From Candidatus Thorarchaeota archaeon (GTDB lineage: Archaea; Asgardarchaeota; Thorarchaeia; Thorarchaeales; Thorarchaeaceae): a DNA stretch of 64,000 nt. The stretch is from the NCBI GenBank assembly GCA_020348985.1, contig CP070761.1, forward strand, positions 1,317,647 through 1,381,646, read 5' to 3'. A program made the position numbers and the translations under genes. Below the pieces are notes generated by a model, which did no database searches, was not told the DNA's origin, and saw only the letters and a program-made list of their open reading frames with translations. This document shows positions 1-10,400 of the stretch, one piece after another (within the stretch, counting starts at the first letter, position 1; every line of letters starts with the position of its first letter).

Positions 1-487
1 AAGTGGCCAAGGTTCAGTCGACCGAGGCTCTAGCAAATGCATACCTGTACAAAAGAAGGTAGTAACGGAGGTGCATAAAACTGGCAATTGCAAAGAACAA
101 GAAGATAAAGCGACGCAATGCCAACCGTAGAGAAATCTCTACGAGGGCCATTGCTGACGCTTATTTCCGAAATTGATCATAGGTAGATCAGGATGGCTAA
201 CATAGGCACAATGATTTCAGAGAACCTTGCCAATCAAAGGAGCCCTGAGCAAGGCAAGAATCATCAAGTTTTCTTCGACAAGTGTGCTCGTGTTGGCGAC
301 AATATGAGCACACCCTTCTGACATCTACACAGAGCTTGTTTTCGTCAAGGTGTCAACCTTGATTCTCATTCTTGTCTTCGTAACGCCTGGTGCTAGAGGG
401 GTCAACAACAGTTGACTTAATTCTGCTTGGGAGAGAAAAAGCATACGAGATTTGCTGGAAGACTTTTCCAAAGGCATAGAACCTAAC

Positions 488-628
488 TTCATTCTGTAGT
501 TCATCTCGGGCCTATTCTTGGGAAGAACTGTAAGGACGAATATCTGGATCAGTGCTCCGAAGTGATTGGCAACAGGCATCCTCACACCCACTGTCTTGAT
601 TGCAATCTCATACCTCATGGGCTACTAG
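488..628 (+). pseudogene. Decayed fragment of a membrane protein, resembling the C-terminus of VIT1/CCC1-family transporters
   Basis: Frame reads FIL*FISGLFLGRTVRTNIWISAPK*LATGILTPTVLIAISYLMGY*, with in-frame stops at 497 and 563. It resembles the terminal two helices of VIT1/CCC1 proteins. No intact ORF in 1-1000. Confidence 0.3.
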
Positions 629-1059
629 AGTGAGAGAAAATGAAACTGGGACATCCAAGTACATGATTAGAACTGCTGCCTAGTTTAGCCACCTTCACAT
701 TGACCAGAGTTATTATGATTAACATACCCGGATTCAAATCACTAATGGAATATACAAAATATCAAACGAATAATGAAAAACCTTAAGTTGCGCTTGAGCA
801 GCGCACTTCAGAGTCAAGGGCAGAGATGAAGACAAAGCCCAAATCTGGACCAAGAGGCCAAAGAATCACTGAAGACATTTACGTCTTACTCAACAGTTCT
901 TTCCGATAGCTGTGTTCTTTACATCAAACATTAACAGCGGAGGAATTTCATGAATCCAAGGTACAATAATGCTGATTGTTTCTTAAGCCGCGATTCATGA
1001 GAAGGCCTGATTGCTTGTCCAGTCTCGTGAATTCATAGTTTCCGAGAGGCAGATTACAC

Positions 1060-2862
1060 ATGTTGGAGAAAGAAGTGAGAAACCAAAGAATAAGATTGTA
1101 CACGCTAGCAGCGTTGGTCGGAGTAATATCTGGTGTGACAGCCATTGCTTTCAGAGGACTCATTTTGGTTGTGAGCCTAGTTTTCGTATCTCTGCCTGTG
1201 TATCTTGGATCCTGGGGGTGGCTTATCGCGCCAGCTATTGGTGGACTTCTAGTGTCAATAATTGTGAAACGATTCGCACACGAGGCAAAGGGACATGGGG
1301 TTCCCGAACTCATCGATGCCTATGCACTTCGTGGAGGAATGATACGGGCCAGGGTTCCTCTTTTGAAGAGTCTAGCCTCAGCCATCTGCATAGGATCTGG
1401 TGGATCCTGTGGACGGGAGGGGCCCATAGCACAGATTGGTGGTGGTGCGGGCTCTGCTCTAGCCAGTTTCCTTGGACTTAATCGCAGGATGACAAAGACA
1501 CTTCTTGTATGCGGAACAGCGTCAGGGATTGCAGCAACCTTCAACGCCCCACTAGGAGGAGCCCTCTTTGGGATTGAAATTGTGGCTGGAGGAATCGCAG
1601 GGTTCCCTATAGTTCCTATAATCTTGTCCTCCGTGATCGCAACTGCACTGGCCGATGCCGTTCTTGGTACACAGCCATCATTTCAGGCGCCTTTGTTCTA
1701 TCTTGACAATTACATGGAGCTGGCATTCTATTTGACATTGGGCCTGATTCTTGGGATAATGAGTGTTCTTTGGTCACGGGGTTTCTACCAAATAGAAGAT
1801 ATATTGGAGAGAATGAAGGGCTCGAAACATGCGCTCACTGCTTTTGGTGGACTTCTGGTTGGCGCATTGGCACTGTTGGCTCTCAACATTGAGGCCGCAT
1901 TCGGATACACAGGGGTCATGAAACCAGGAGAACCATACTTCCCAGCTATCATGGGGGTAGGGTATGCCTTTGTGGATGCCACTTTGCTTGGACTGGTCGG
2001 AGTCAGTGTTCTTGTTATGTTTGGTCTACTGAAGTTCTTTGCCACATCAATCACTCTAGGCTCTGGAGGGTCTGGAGGCGTCTTCGCGCCGACACTCTTC
2101 ATAGGTGCGGCATTTGGAGGAGCGTTTGGTCTTGTCATAAACATTGCATTCCCAGAAATCGTTTCTCAGCCAATGGCTTATGCCTTGGTGGGTATGGCAG
2201 CTCTGTTTGCAGGTTCGGGCAGGGCTCCAATAACATGCATCGTGATGCTCATGGAAATGACAAACGACTACTCACTGATACTTCCACTCATGGCTGCAGT
2301 CTCTATGTCGTATCTTGTTTCTTCTTCAATTGAGGTTGAGAGTATCTACACTTTGAAACTGGCTCGTAGAGGCATCGACATCAAACGAAGTCAATACGTG
2401 GGGGCTTTGAGGGAAGTGAAGGCATCTCAAGTGATGACTGCTAGCCCCACAATTCTGAAACCTGACATGACAGTTCCGCAAGTTCTGAGAATAGTGGATG
2501 ATACCCATCATACCAAGTTTCCTGTAGTAGATTCTGACAACAAGATAGTTGGCACATTGATCACAGAGAACTTATTCGGTGGGCCTGAGGGAGGCTGCCC
2601 GGAGTGTCTAGTGCGGGACTTGATGAACGTAGAGGTTCTGATAGTCAGTTCTGAAGCTACAATGGACAGCGTTCTACACGGGATGCTAGAACGAGACGAA
2701 GGGCATGCTGTTGTGGTCGATCCTTTGAAACCAGAGAGGATGATAGGTTTTCTGACGAAGGCCGATGTTCTCAGTGCCTATGAGCTAGCCATTCTAAGGC
2801 TGAGGGAGGACGGAGAAGATGTTCATGAGATTGATCCACTGGACATGATTGCTTTCAGATAG
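1060..2862 (+). CDS. CLC chloride channel/transporter with C-terminal CBS pair
   Basis: CLC motifs GHGVPE, GREGP, FNAPLGG, GSGGVFAP and SIY; tandem CBS domains. Confidence 0.95.
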   Translation: MLEKEVRNQRIRLYTLAALVGVISGVTAIAFRGLILVVSLVFVSLPVYLGSWGWLIAPAIGGLLVSIIVKRFAHEAKGHGVPELIDAYALRGGMIRARVPLLKSLASAICIGSGGSCGREGPIAQIGGGAGSALASFLGLNRRMTKTLLVCGTASGIAATFNAPLGGALFGIEIVAGGIAGFPIVPIILSSVIATALADAVLGTQPSFQAPLFYLDNYMELAFYLTLGLILGIMSVLWSRGFYQIEDILERMKGSKHALTAFGGLLVGALALLALNIEAAFGYTGVMKPGEPYFPAIMGVGYAFVDATLLGLVGVSVLVMFGLLKFFATSITLGSGGSGGVFAPTLFIGAAFGGAFGLVINIAFPEIVSQPMAYALVGMAALFAGSGRAPITCIVMLMEMTNDYSLILPLMAAVSMSYLVSSSIEVESIYTLKLARRGIDIKRSQYVGALREVKASQVMTASPTILKPDMTVPQVLRIVDDTHHTKFPVVDSDNKIVGTLITENLFGGPEGGCPECLVRDLMNVEVLIVSSEATMDSVLHGMLERDEGHAVVVDPLKPERMIGFLTKADVLSAYELAILRLREDGEDVHEIDPLDMIAFR

Positions 2863-2980
2863 ATCTCCTGACGAAGACTAGGAAAGTGGGTTCTGGTGGG
2901 AGTCTGAATGATTACTGGTGTTGCATCTGCATCCATGACCAGATTCAATAGCGTATCCGAGTTAACCATAGTGAACCAGA

Positions 2981-3214
2981 TTGCAGGTATTGGCATATGT
3001 ACACACTGACAAAAAGGATTCTAGATGGAAACCCCGGAACTACAATCATGTAAAGGGACTGATTTCCAGCTATTTGGTCAATGTCGATTCTTCAGAGAGG
3101 ACCGGAGAGGTGTTTTTCTTCGATACGAGAGAGAACCTCGATGCCTTCAAAAACTCCAAACTGGGGAAGAGCATTGGAAAAGCTTTGGAGCTTGTTCAGC
3201 TCGAATTCGAGTGA
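2981..3214 (+). CDS. Small YdhR-like / dimeric alpha-beta barrel protein, possibly N-terminally eroded
   Basis: KGLISSYLV...GEVFFFDTRENLDAF resembles the YdhR/ABM pattern; TTG start uncertain. Confidence 0.4.
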   Translation: MQVLAYVHTDKKDSRWKPRNYNHVKGLISSYLVNVDSSERTGEVFFFDTRENLDAFKNSKLGKSIGKALELVQLEFE

Positions 3215-3280
3215 TTGGTATTTTTGCGAAACTGAGAACCCACTATGGGCTAGTTACTACGGATGGAAGTTTTAGTCTGT

Positions 3281-3754
3281 CTACACTCTTTCAAGCTCAG
3301 CCAGTGCAGACTTGAGATCTTCTTCGTCAAGCTCATCCTTGGTTGGCGCAGTTGGTTCTACTGCTAGGAATTTGTTGAGCTCATCAGCTAGCTGCACGCC
3401 CTGCTTCTTCATGACAAGTCGGATGAGACCGATGTTTACCTCAGGACCGGAAACGACACAGAGGACTCCCTTTCCACAGGCTGATGCGAAGATCTTACCT
3501 TCCGAAAACTCTGATGTGACAATCTCAAGTTCACCGATCTGAAGGTTCTTCCCCTGCTCTTCACTCGCACAGAAGACCGCGCTTGCGATTGCACCTATGG
3601 AATCCACGTCCACGGGGTAGTATGAGAGCTTGCTCACGTTGGCAATTGTAAGTCCGGTTTTGTCAACCAGTATGACCTTTGAGATTCCCTTGTCTTGACG
3701 GATTATCTCTGTTAGGATTCTGTCGAAAGCTTTTGGATCGCTCATTGATTCCAC
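3281..3754 (-). CDS. Roadblock/LC7 domain protein with acidic C-terminal tail
   Basis: VILVDKTGLTIA...IGAIASAVF...VNIGLIRL pattern; GAGGTGG RBS-like motif upstream. Confidence 0.9.
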   Translation of the reverse strand: MESMSDPKAFDRILTEIIRQDKGISKVILVDKTGLTIANVSKLSYYPVDVDSIGAIASAVFCASEEQGKNLQIGELEIVTSEFSEGKIFASACGKGVLCVVSGPEVNIGLIRLVMKKQGVQLADELNKFLAVEPTAPTKDELDEEDLKSALAELERV

Positions 3755-3755
3755 C

Positions 3756-4049
3756 TCATTTCTTGAGGACCACCAGTATTAGTCCTTCACCTGGTTCAGG
3801 TGCGATGTTAATCTCGCCCTTTTCAGTGTCGAGAGTAAGGAACGAGAGCTTGCCCTCGTCTAGTTCGTCGACAGCATCAAGGGCTTTGCCTACAAGCGAC
3901 GTTATGATTGCAGCGACGTTCTCGGTTGTATCTGGGTCCAAGTCACTGCTCAGAGGTAGTCCTTCCATGGTAGTGACAACCACGCCACGGACGCCCTCCT
4001 GGGATTTTAGCTGTGCAATGACTGTATCAAGTTTCTCTTGACTTATCAA
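3756..4049 (-). CDS. Roadblock/LC7 domain protein
   Basis: GVRGVVVTTMEGLPLSS...VAAIITSLV; probable TTG start at 4049; abuts the next Roadblock gene. Confidence 0.88.
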   Translation of the reverse strand: MISQEKLDTVIAQLKSQEGVRGVVVTTMEGLPLSSDLDPDTTENVAAIITSLVGKALDAVDELDEGKLSFLTLDTEKGEINIAPEPGEGLILVVLKK

Positions 4050-4148
4050 TATCTGGAAGCCCCACTGCATCAATTGTGCATTTCGTAGTCTGTACCCCAA
4101 TCTTGGGTATTTCAGACTTGTGGTTACGTGTACCGTCTTGAGTGCGTG

Positions 4149-4188
4149 TTTTGCGCAAAATGATATAACCTTGTATTACTTTGCGCAC
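4149..4188. promoter_or_regulatory. Candidate operator upstream of the Roadblock pair
   Basis: Perfect 12-bp palindrome TTTTGCGCAAAA (4149-4160), with TTTGCGCA repeated about 30 bp away. Confidence 0.35.
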
Positions 4189-4199
4189 TACTTCCGAAA

Positions 4200-4234
4200 T
4201 AAAAAGATGTGACGAGGCTTGCTGTCCTCGTCAC
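4200..4234 (-). terminator. Hairpin plus T-tract terminator of the Sec23/24-like gene
   Basis: 9-bp perfect stem GTGACGAGG/CCTCGTCAC (4209-4234) followed on the minus strand by ATCTTTTT. Confidence 0.65.
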
Positions 4235-4242
4235 CTAAACCT

Positions 4243-5814
4243 CTAATCCTCCTCCTCTTCGAAGAGTTCCTTGGAAGCTTTTCTCATTTGTTTGAGCTGA
4301 GCAGTAGACATCTGATCTGCCATTGCTGAAGGTGCACCCGCTGACGCAGCCATCTCCATCTCTTCGAGCCGCTCCATACTCTCCTCTTCTGAGGCAAGAA
4401 CTTCGTCAGCCCTGTCAAGAGATTTTGCTACTGGCTTAGGAGCGCCTTTTGCTGTCTTCTTGAGCGCAGCTCTAAAACTAGAGATTCGTTCCTTGCCCTT
4501 CTTTGTGTCACCACGAAGCGATTCTTCACCCGCCTTTTGAGCGACAAATGTGGCGCCAACGGTTGGGTCAAGTGTTTCTACAATCTCTTCTTCCTTCTTC
4601 GCCACCTTGAGCTTCTTTGTCACCGCTCTGACTCGTCGAGCTCCTTCTGCATCTGTGTACTCGACTTGAACTTGGATGGGAACTTCAGGGGTTTCAATCT
4701 TGCCGTCTGGCTCGACCTCGAAGTAGAGTTCGTGGTCTTCACCAACTACGCCAATCCTTCCTTCGGCCTTCTCTTTGAGCTCCTCAACAACCGCTCTTGA
4801 TACACCAGATGCATCCTTGACTTTCATTCCAGGCGGGGTGACCAATCGGACCTCCACATCACGTCCAAGCAGACTTGCACCAGCCAGCTCTGACAGACTT
4901 CTATCAAGCTCGTTGGGCTGGACATAGTACATCTGCCCACCGGTTGCCTCTGGCAATAGACCTAGAGTCCTTAGCTCCATGCCTGACCCAGAAGCGATTC
5001 CAACGACATCAAGCGAAGTACCAATCTTGCGGTACATGCCACCCATCTTCTCGTAGTATTCATTGGCGGGCGTCACCTGATATCCTTCAAGAGCTCCGAT
5101 TCCTTCATTGGCAAGACCGTCGGTGAGTAATACAACTCTGTCTACATTTCTGTGCTTGGCAACCACATAGCCCATGGCTACTGCCGGTCCAAGTGCAGTT
5201 CCACCTTGATCTCGAAGTGCCTGAACGTGCTTCTTCAGCTTTGCAGCGTTGGGTCCAACGTTGACCATCTTTACTCTGTCCAAGAGCTTCTTGGTGGCAT
5301 CCAAGATTTGGTCCAGACTCGGATAGGTCTCGCGAGGAAGCTCGAATCCCTCTCCTGTTTCCATGTTCCGTGCGACTACTCCGCTTTCAAACTCGATAAG
5401 TCCGAATAGCGTATCAGGCGAATTCGCAGCCAGACTATCGATTGATGTGCTGAGGCTTCTCTTGACGGCCGCCAGATTGGCTCCTGCCATCGAGCCAGAA
5501 ACATCAATTAGAGCAAGAAATGCTCTTCCTGCCGCAGATTCTATACCCGTAGTCTCATCTATGGTCTCAGGTGGGGGAGTGATTTCAAAATCGGCCTCGT
5601 CTCCAGCCACAACAACCTCACCTTCGATTACATTGAGGGTGCCACAGAAAGTGCAATTGAAATGCTTGCCGACTTTGGGGTCTTCCTTTATCTCTTCTAC
5701 ACTGAGGAGAAAGCCATTGCATTTGTGGCATGCTATAGGCTTGCCCACAATCTTTGTCGTTTCGCGCGCAAGATCTCCAAATTCAACACGCACGACATAT
5801 GGTATATCGCTCAT
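4243..5814 (-). CDS. Sec23/Sec24-like zinc finger + vWA (trunk) + beta-sandwich protein
   Basis: PIACHKC...FNCTFCGTLN matches the Sec23/24 Zn finger. vWA has an intact MIDAS (DVSGS, GGTALG, LTDG), followed by a beta-rich domain and a helical C-terminus. ATG 5814 is preferred, but the ORF is open to 5889. Confidence 0.85.
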   Translation of the reverse strand: MSDIPYVVRVEFGDLARETTKIVGKPIACHKCNGFLLSVEEIKEDPKVGKHFNCTFCGTLNVIEGEVVVAGDEADFEITPPPETIDETTGIESAAGRAFLALIDVSGSMAGANLAAVKRSLSTSIDSLAANSPDTLFGLIEFESGVVARNMETGEGFELPRETYPSLDQILDATKKLLDRVKMVNVGPNAAKLKKHVQALRDQGGTALGPAVAMGYVVAKHRNVDRVVLLTDGLANEGIGALEGYQVTPANEYYEKMGGMYRKIGTSLDVVGIASGSGMELRTLGLLPEATGGQMYYVQPNELDRSLSELAGASLLGRDVEVRLVTPPGMKVKDASGVSRAVVEELKEKAEGRIGVVGEDHELYFEVEPDGKIETPEVPIQVQVEYTDAEGARRVRAVTKKLKVAKKEEEIVETLDPTVGATFVAQKAGEESLRGDTKKGKERISSFRAALKKTAKGAPKPVAKSLDRADEVLASEEESMERLEEMEMAASAGAPSAMADQMSTAQLKQMRKASKELFEEEED

Positions 5815-6062
5815 GACTCGTTTCGACTCTGGAAACGCATCAGAGCTGGTTCTCAGCATTTGGATCAATCCTCGAGTTGTGAGCGACACTCAACTACAAG
5901 AGCTTTCCGTGTCTCAGCCTCCTTCTCCGGATTCGCCACAGTCTTTGCACAAGCGGGGTCATCATCCCGCAATCCAGATTCATCACTGAAACTAGAGAGG
6001 TCACCATGCATGCCAAAGGAGCAGGGACTCCAATGGAGTGATTCATCTCTAAGTAGTGGATT
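5815..6062 (-). ncRNA. Candidate structured leader or ncRNA upstream of the Sec23/24-like gene
   Basis: Several stems found by eye: TCTGGATT/AATCCGGA enclosing GCGGG-ATGATGAC-CCCGC; AGTTG/CAACT with TGAG/CTCA; CTCTG/CAGAG competing with CGTTTC/GAAACG. RTGATGA and CTGA motifs are present. Confidence 0.35.
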
Positions 6063-6186
6063 GGAATTGGTACTTCCGTGCATACTATATTGGTATTGGG
6101 AGAAAGGATGACTGGGCGGCTGATTGGAATCTCGTTGCGGAATTGTGTTCTTTACAAATCACAATTGTGGGTGTGGGGTACACATC

Positions 6187-6549
6187 TTAAGGCCACAGCC
6201 ATACAGTGTCGAAGAAGGTCACGTTCCGGAGGTAGCTCTCTGAAGTCACCGTTCCTCTCACCACAACAATAGAATACAACCATGAAAATGTCAATCTCTC
6301 ATCAGAGAACATTAGACTGCCTGTTCCATCTGACAAGGTGGCAATGTAAGTACCACCCATCTGCTCCTGAAGGACTTGAGTAATGTTTCCTTTGACTGTG
6401 ACAGCAGTACCAATTGCAATAGTTCCATCGTTGATGTCGGAGATACTGGTTAGCTGGCCGATGCCATCATGCCACGCGACTACTGCTGCCGCCGAAACAA
6501 TTGAGACTAGCGAAAGAAGTGATACTACAAGTAGAATCCGTCTCCTCAA
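6187..6549 (-). CDS. Exported or membrane-anchored OB-fold-like protein
   Basis: Basic then hydrophobic N-terminus, followed by VTVKGNI...LSDGTGSL...VVVRGTV, typical of an OB fold. Confidence 0.65.
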   Translation of the reverse strand: MRRRILLVVSLLSLVSIVSAAAVVAWHDGIGQLTSISDINDGTIAIGTAVTVKGNITQVLQEQMGGTYIATLSDGTGSLMFSDERLTFSWLYSIVVVRGTVTSESYLRNVTFFDTVWLWP

Positions 6550-6847
6550 GCCAATCCTCCTCTGAACAACAATGCTCCTTGATTGTGTTAAGGTTTGTGA
6601 CAGTATAGGTTCTGTACTCGTAAACTGGTTGTTCAGAGCTTCTGTTCAGTTGAACTCTATGTCACAACATAGGCAATAATGACCTCTCCAGAAGGTATAC
6701 GGCCTCCTCGCCATTTGCGGTTTTAAGTAAATCGCATTCGGAGCGGTTCATCTAATCAAAAAGAATAAACCGATTGTCACAACGCGTAAGATTTAAACTG
6801 GAGAGCAGTCTGAGCAACTAAGAGAGCCTGTAAGGAGAGTTGTTGGA

Positions 6848-7216
6848 ATGGTTGACAAGGCCAAGATTGAGAGTATTGTTGCAGATACGATGGCAGCAAA
6901 TGCTGACATTGAAGGGGTTGTTGTCTGTGATTCAAAGGCCAAGGTGATCTTTGGGCACACTGTGATGGCAGGTGTTAAGCACTCAGAAGTTGCGGATTTG
7001 GCAGTCAAGATTGCCACCAACTCCTCTGGGCTAGCTGGAAAGCTTGACAAGGGTGGACTTAACGAGGTCAGCATCGCTTCAGAGAAAGGCTTCATAATTG
7101 TACTCGGCGATGTGAAGATGGTTCTTGCAGGCATAGCAGGGGAGGGCGCTAGAGAATCTCTAGGGCTACTGAGAATGGCCCTCAGGCGTGCCCTCAGAGC
7201 GATGGTCGCTGACTAG
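6848..7216 (+). CDS. Roadblock/LC7 domain protein
   Basis: DIEGVVVCDSKAKVI...LGLLRMAL pattern, 122 aa; AGGAG upstream. Confidence 0.8.
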   Translation: MVDKAKIESIVADTMAANADIEGVVVCDSKAKVIFGHTVMAGVKHSEVADLAVKIATNSSGLAGKLDKGGLNEVSIASEKGFIIVLGDVKMVLAGIAGEGARESLGLLRMALRRALRAMVAD

Positions 7217-7417
7217 AATCAAAGCGCGCTGTTAGGGGTATCTTTTTCTGTGCATATAGTGTAGACCGCGCAACCGTGAGATGTATATCCAGATATACTG
7301 GCAGTATTACGGGTGTGTTACCAACCGCTAAGATGGGATATATTCCCTTGATAATCGGGGTAGACACGCCAAAAGGCATGCGAAAACGACACTCATAACA
7401 CCGGAAGGGAACGGATC

Positions 7418-10400
7418 TTGGTCTTCATTGACAAGCTTGTTTGCAAAGGCTTCAAGTCATTTGGCCGAGAGACCGTTACTATAAGATTGAACCCCGGTTT
7501 CACTTGCATTGTTGGCCCGAATGGTTCCGGAAAATCAAACGTTGTCGATGCAGTGTTGTTCGTCCTAGGCCAGTTAAGCGCCAAAACACTTCGAGCAAAC
7601 GTGTTCTCTGATCTCTTGTACTCTCCGCCGAAGCCTGATATGCCCCCAAGGGCCAAAGCCGCCTCTGTGGAGCTTCATTTCAACAACACCGATAGAAAGC
7701 TCCAGATAGAAGCAGACAAGGTCGTAATTGAAAGGGAGCTGGACGAATCAGGAAAGTCTGTTTGTAGGATAAACGGCAAGACAGTCACAAGAACCCAAGT
7801 CTTGGAGGTTCTTGGCAGCATCGGCGTCGATCCTAATGGGTACAATCTCGTGCTTCAGGGAGAGATAGCACAGATTGTCAAGGTAAGCCCAAATGACAGA
7901 AGGAAGCTCATCGAAGAAATCGCAGGGATATCTGCATATGATGAGCAAAAGGAGCGCGCCATGAAGAAACTTGCAGAGAGCGAGGCCAATCTTGGCAAAG
8001 TAGACATGCAGCTTCAGGAACGACGACGACAACTTGAGAGGCTAGAGCTCGAGAGAACCGATGCGCTACGCTACAATAGCATTCAAGACCAAATCAGGCA
8101 AATCAAGATTGACAATACTGCATGGAATCTAATCAAACAGAAACGACGAATAGAGGCAATCGATCATACTCTTCAACAGCGTGCCGTTGAGGCAGAGAAT
8201 CTGCAAAATCAGACCAAAGAGATCGAGAAGGGGATACTAGAAAGCGAGGCAGAGATAGAGGACATTGACGCTGAAGTCGATAGAATTGCCGGTGCAGATG
8301 CAAAGCTTGTTTCTGAGCAATACGGTCTAGTATCAGCTGCTCAGGACCATGCCGCCGCTGACCTCGATCGTGCAAAGAGTGAGTTCGATAGAACTTGGCA
8401 AGAACGTGAGAGCCTTGAGGGAGAGCTAAGGTCCGTAAAGGATGAGATAGAGCAATCAGAACAACAGATAGAGGAACAGGAAAAGAAGCTCTCTAGATTG
8501 GATGTTGAGATTGAGGAGACCTCTAAGGAGGTTGCTAGATTGGAGTCCAGACTGGAGAATGAACAGTCTTCGCTTCTCGAAGCAACTCACAGACTTCAGG
8601 ACCTCAACAAACAGATGGCTGCTTTGGATGAAGGAGTGTCAGAGGTACGGTCAGCCCTCAAGTCCGACAGGCGCGAACTTGGCCTTGTATACGAAGAACT
8701 CCAAGATACTGAGGAAGGATTGAGAAAGACGTTAGCCGAGCTTGAGGAGCTAGATGATATCTATCCTGCCAAGAGGACCAAGCTCGAGGAGGCAGAGGAA
8801 ACAGAGAAAGCTAAGCGCGCCGAGCTATATGACATTGAGGAGCGTCTAAAGACTGTTGATGCAGAAGTAAGAGAATCATCAAAAGTAGTTGGCTCGGCAC
8901 GGGATGAGCTCATTAGATTGGAGGCCCGGAAAGAGGCACTCCGGGAAGCCGAGGAGGCATTTCTGAAGAGGAGACGGGCCATTGCGAAAGTGCTGGAATT
9001 GAGGGATTCTGGAACAGTTGCAGGCATTTTGGGCACTGTAGCAGAACTTGGTACGATAAACCCGGATTATGCAGTGGCTTTAGAAGTTGCGGCCGGAAAC
9101 AGGCTTTCTCACATTGTTGTGGAAGATGAACACGTAGCAACTGAATGTGTAAACACTCTCAAGCGAGAACGGGTCGGTCGATCTTCTTTCATTCCTCTGA
9201 GTAAGATAAAGACACGCGCTCCCGGAAAGCCAGTCAAGGAAGAGGGTGTTGTCGGCTACGCACTGGACCTTGTGAGTTTCGATTCCAAAGTGCGGCCTGC
9301 TTTCGAGTTTGTATTCACAGACACTGTTGTGACTGAAGACTTTGAATCCGCAAAGCGGCTTGGGTTTAAAGGCAGAAGAGCAGTTTCGCTTGATGGAGAT
9401 CTTGTCGAAAGATCCGGATTAATCACCGGGGGACATTATCAGAGAGTAGCTACAGGGTTGTCGTTGCAGGAAGAGGATAGAAGTCCTGATGTAGCAGAGC
9501 GATTGGGCGGACTTGAGGAGATACTGGAATCTCTCAAGACTCAACAAGAAGACCTTAGAAAGCAGAAATCGGTTCTTGATCGCGAGCTTCAGGACCTTTC
9601 GAAGAAGAACTACAGAGACAGAATGGACCTCGAGAGGATTGAGGAGAGCCTTGAAGAAAAGAAAACCAGGGTCGTCACCCTGGAAGAGAAGCTTGAAAGT
9701 TCGAAAGCGTTGACGAAAGCACTTGAACAGCAAATATCGGAACTCCAGGAACGTGATACGGAATTAACGGCTCATCGAGAGGACGTACGCTCCAGACGAG
9801 ACGGCGTCAATGAAACTCTTGTCAAGTCTGATGTAGCGAACATCACTCAAGAGGGCAAAGATCTGAAGGAAATCCTTGAACACTATAAGCGTGAGAGAGA
9901 GACTCTTCTCGGTGAGATTACTGGATTGAGAGTTGGCTTGGATGAACGACTGAGACCCCGCATGGACGACTTGGATGGTCGGCTCAAGAAATTCAACGAT
10001 TTGCTGCCGACATTGGAGAAAGATGTCAAAGATCTCGAAGGCAGGCTAGCGGAGAAACAGAAACAGTTCGAGGATTTGAAACTCGAAAGGGAACGGATTG
10101 ACGGAGCAGTCAAAGACAAACGTGTCTACCAGTTGGAATTGAAGGAGAAACTCCGGAATCTAAGACTCGAACTCGAGGAGACAAGAGAAAATCAGACCAA
10201 CAATGAGAAGGCTGTCTATAGGCTCACAAGCGAGAGAGGGCGATTGGAGACAGACTCCGTAGCATTGTTTGCTGAACTGGATTCATTCTGTGAGGCGCAG
10301 GAAGAAGTCAGCAAGAGAGAGCAAAAGGAGGAGCCTACTCGTAGAGAAATTGACAACATGGATGAGAAGATTCTCGAGCTACAAAGAGAGCTTGAAGCGA

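Noticed and set aside
325-618. 97-aa minus-strand ORF
   Set aside because: No motif; probably the antisense shadow of a decayed plus-strand membrane gene.
5815-5850. Hammerhead-like CTGATG...CGAAAC (also CTGACGA...GAAA near 2868)
   Set aside because: Core incomplete: the first lacks the A of CUGANGA, and the second lacks a stem II closed by G-C.
5811-6083. 72-aa minus-strand ORF whose TGA readthrough would give U-S-K-C-U, a possible selenoprotein
   Set aside because: No recognisable selenoprotein fold or convincing SECIS; the region is better explained as a non-coding leader and the motif is probably chance.
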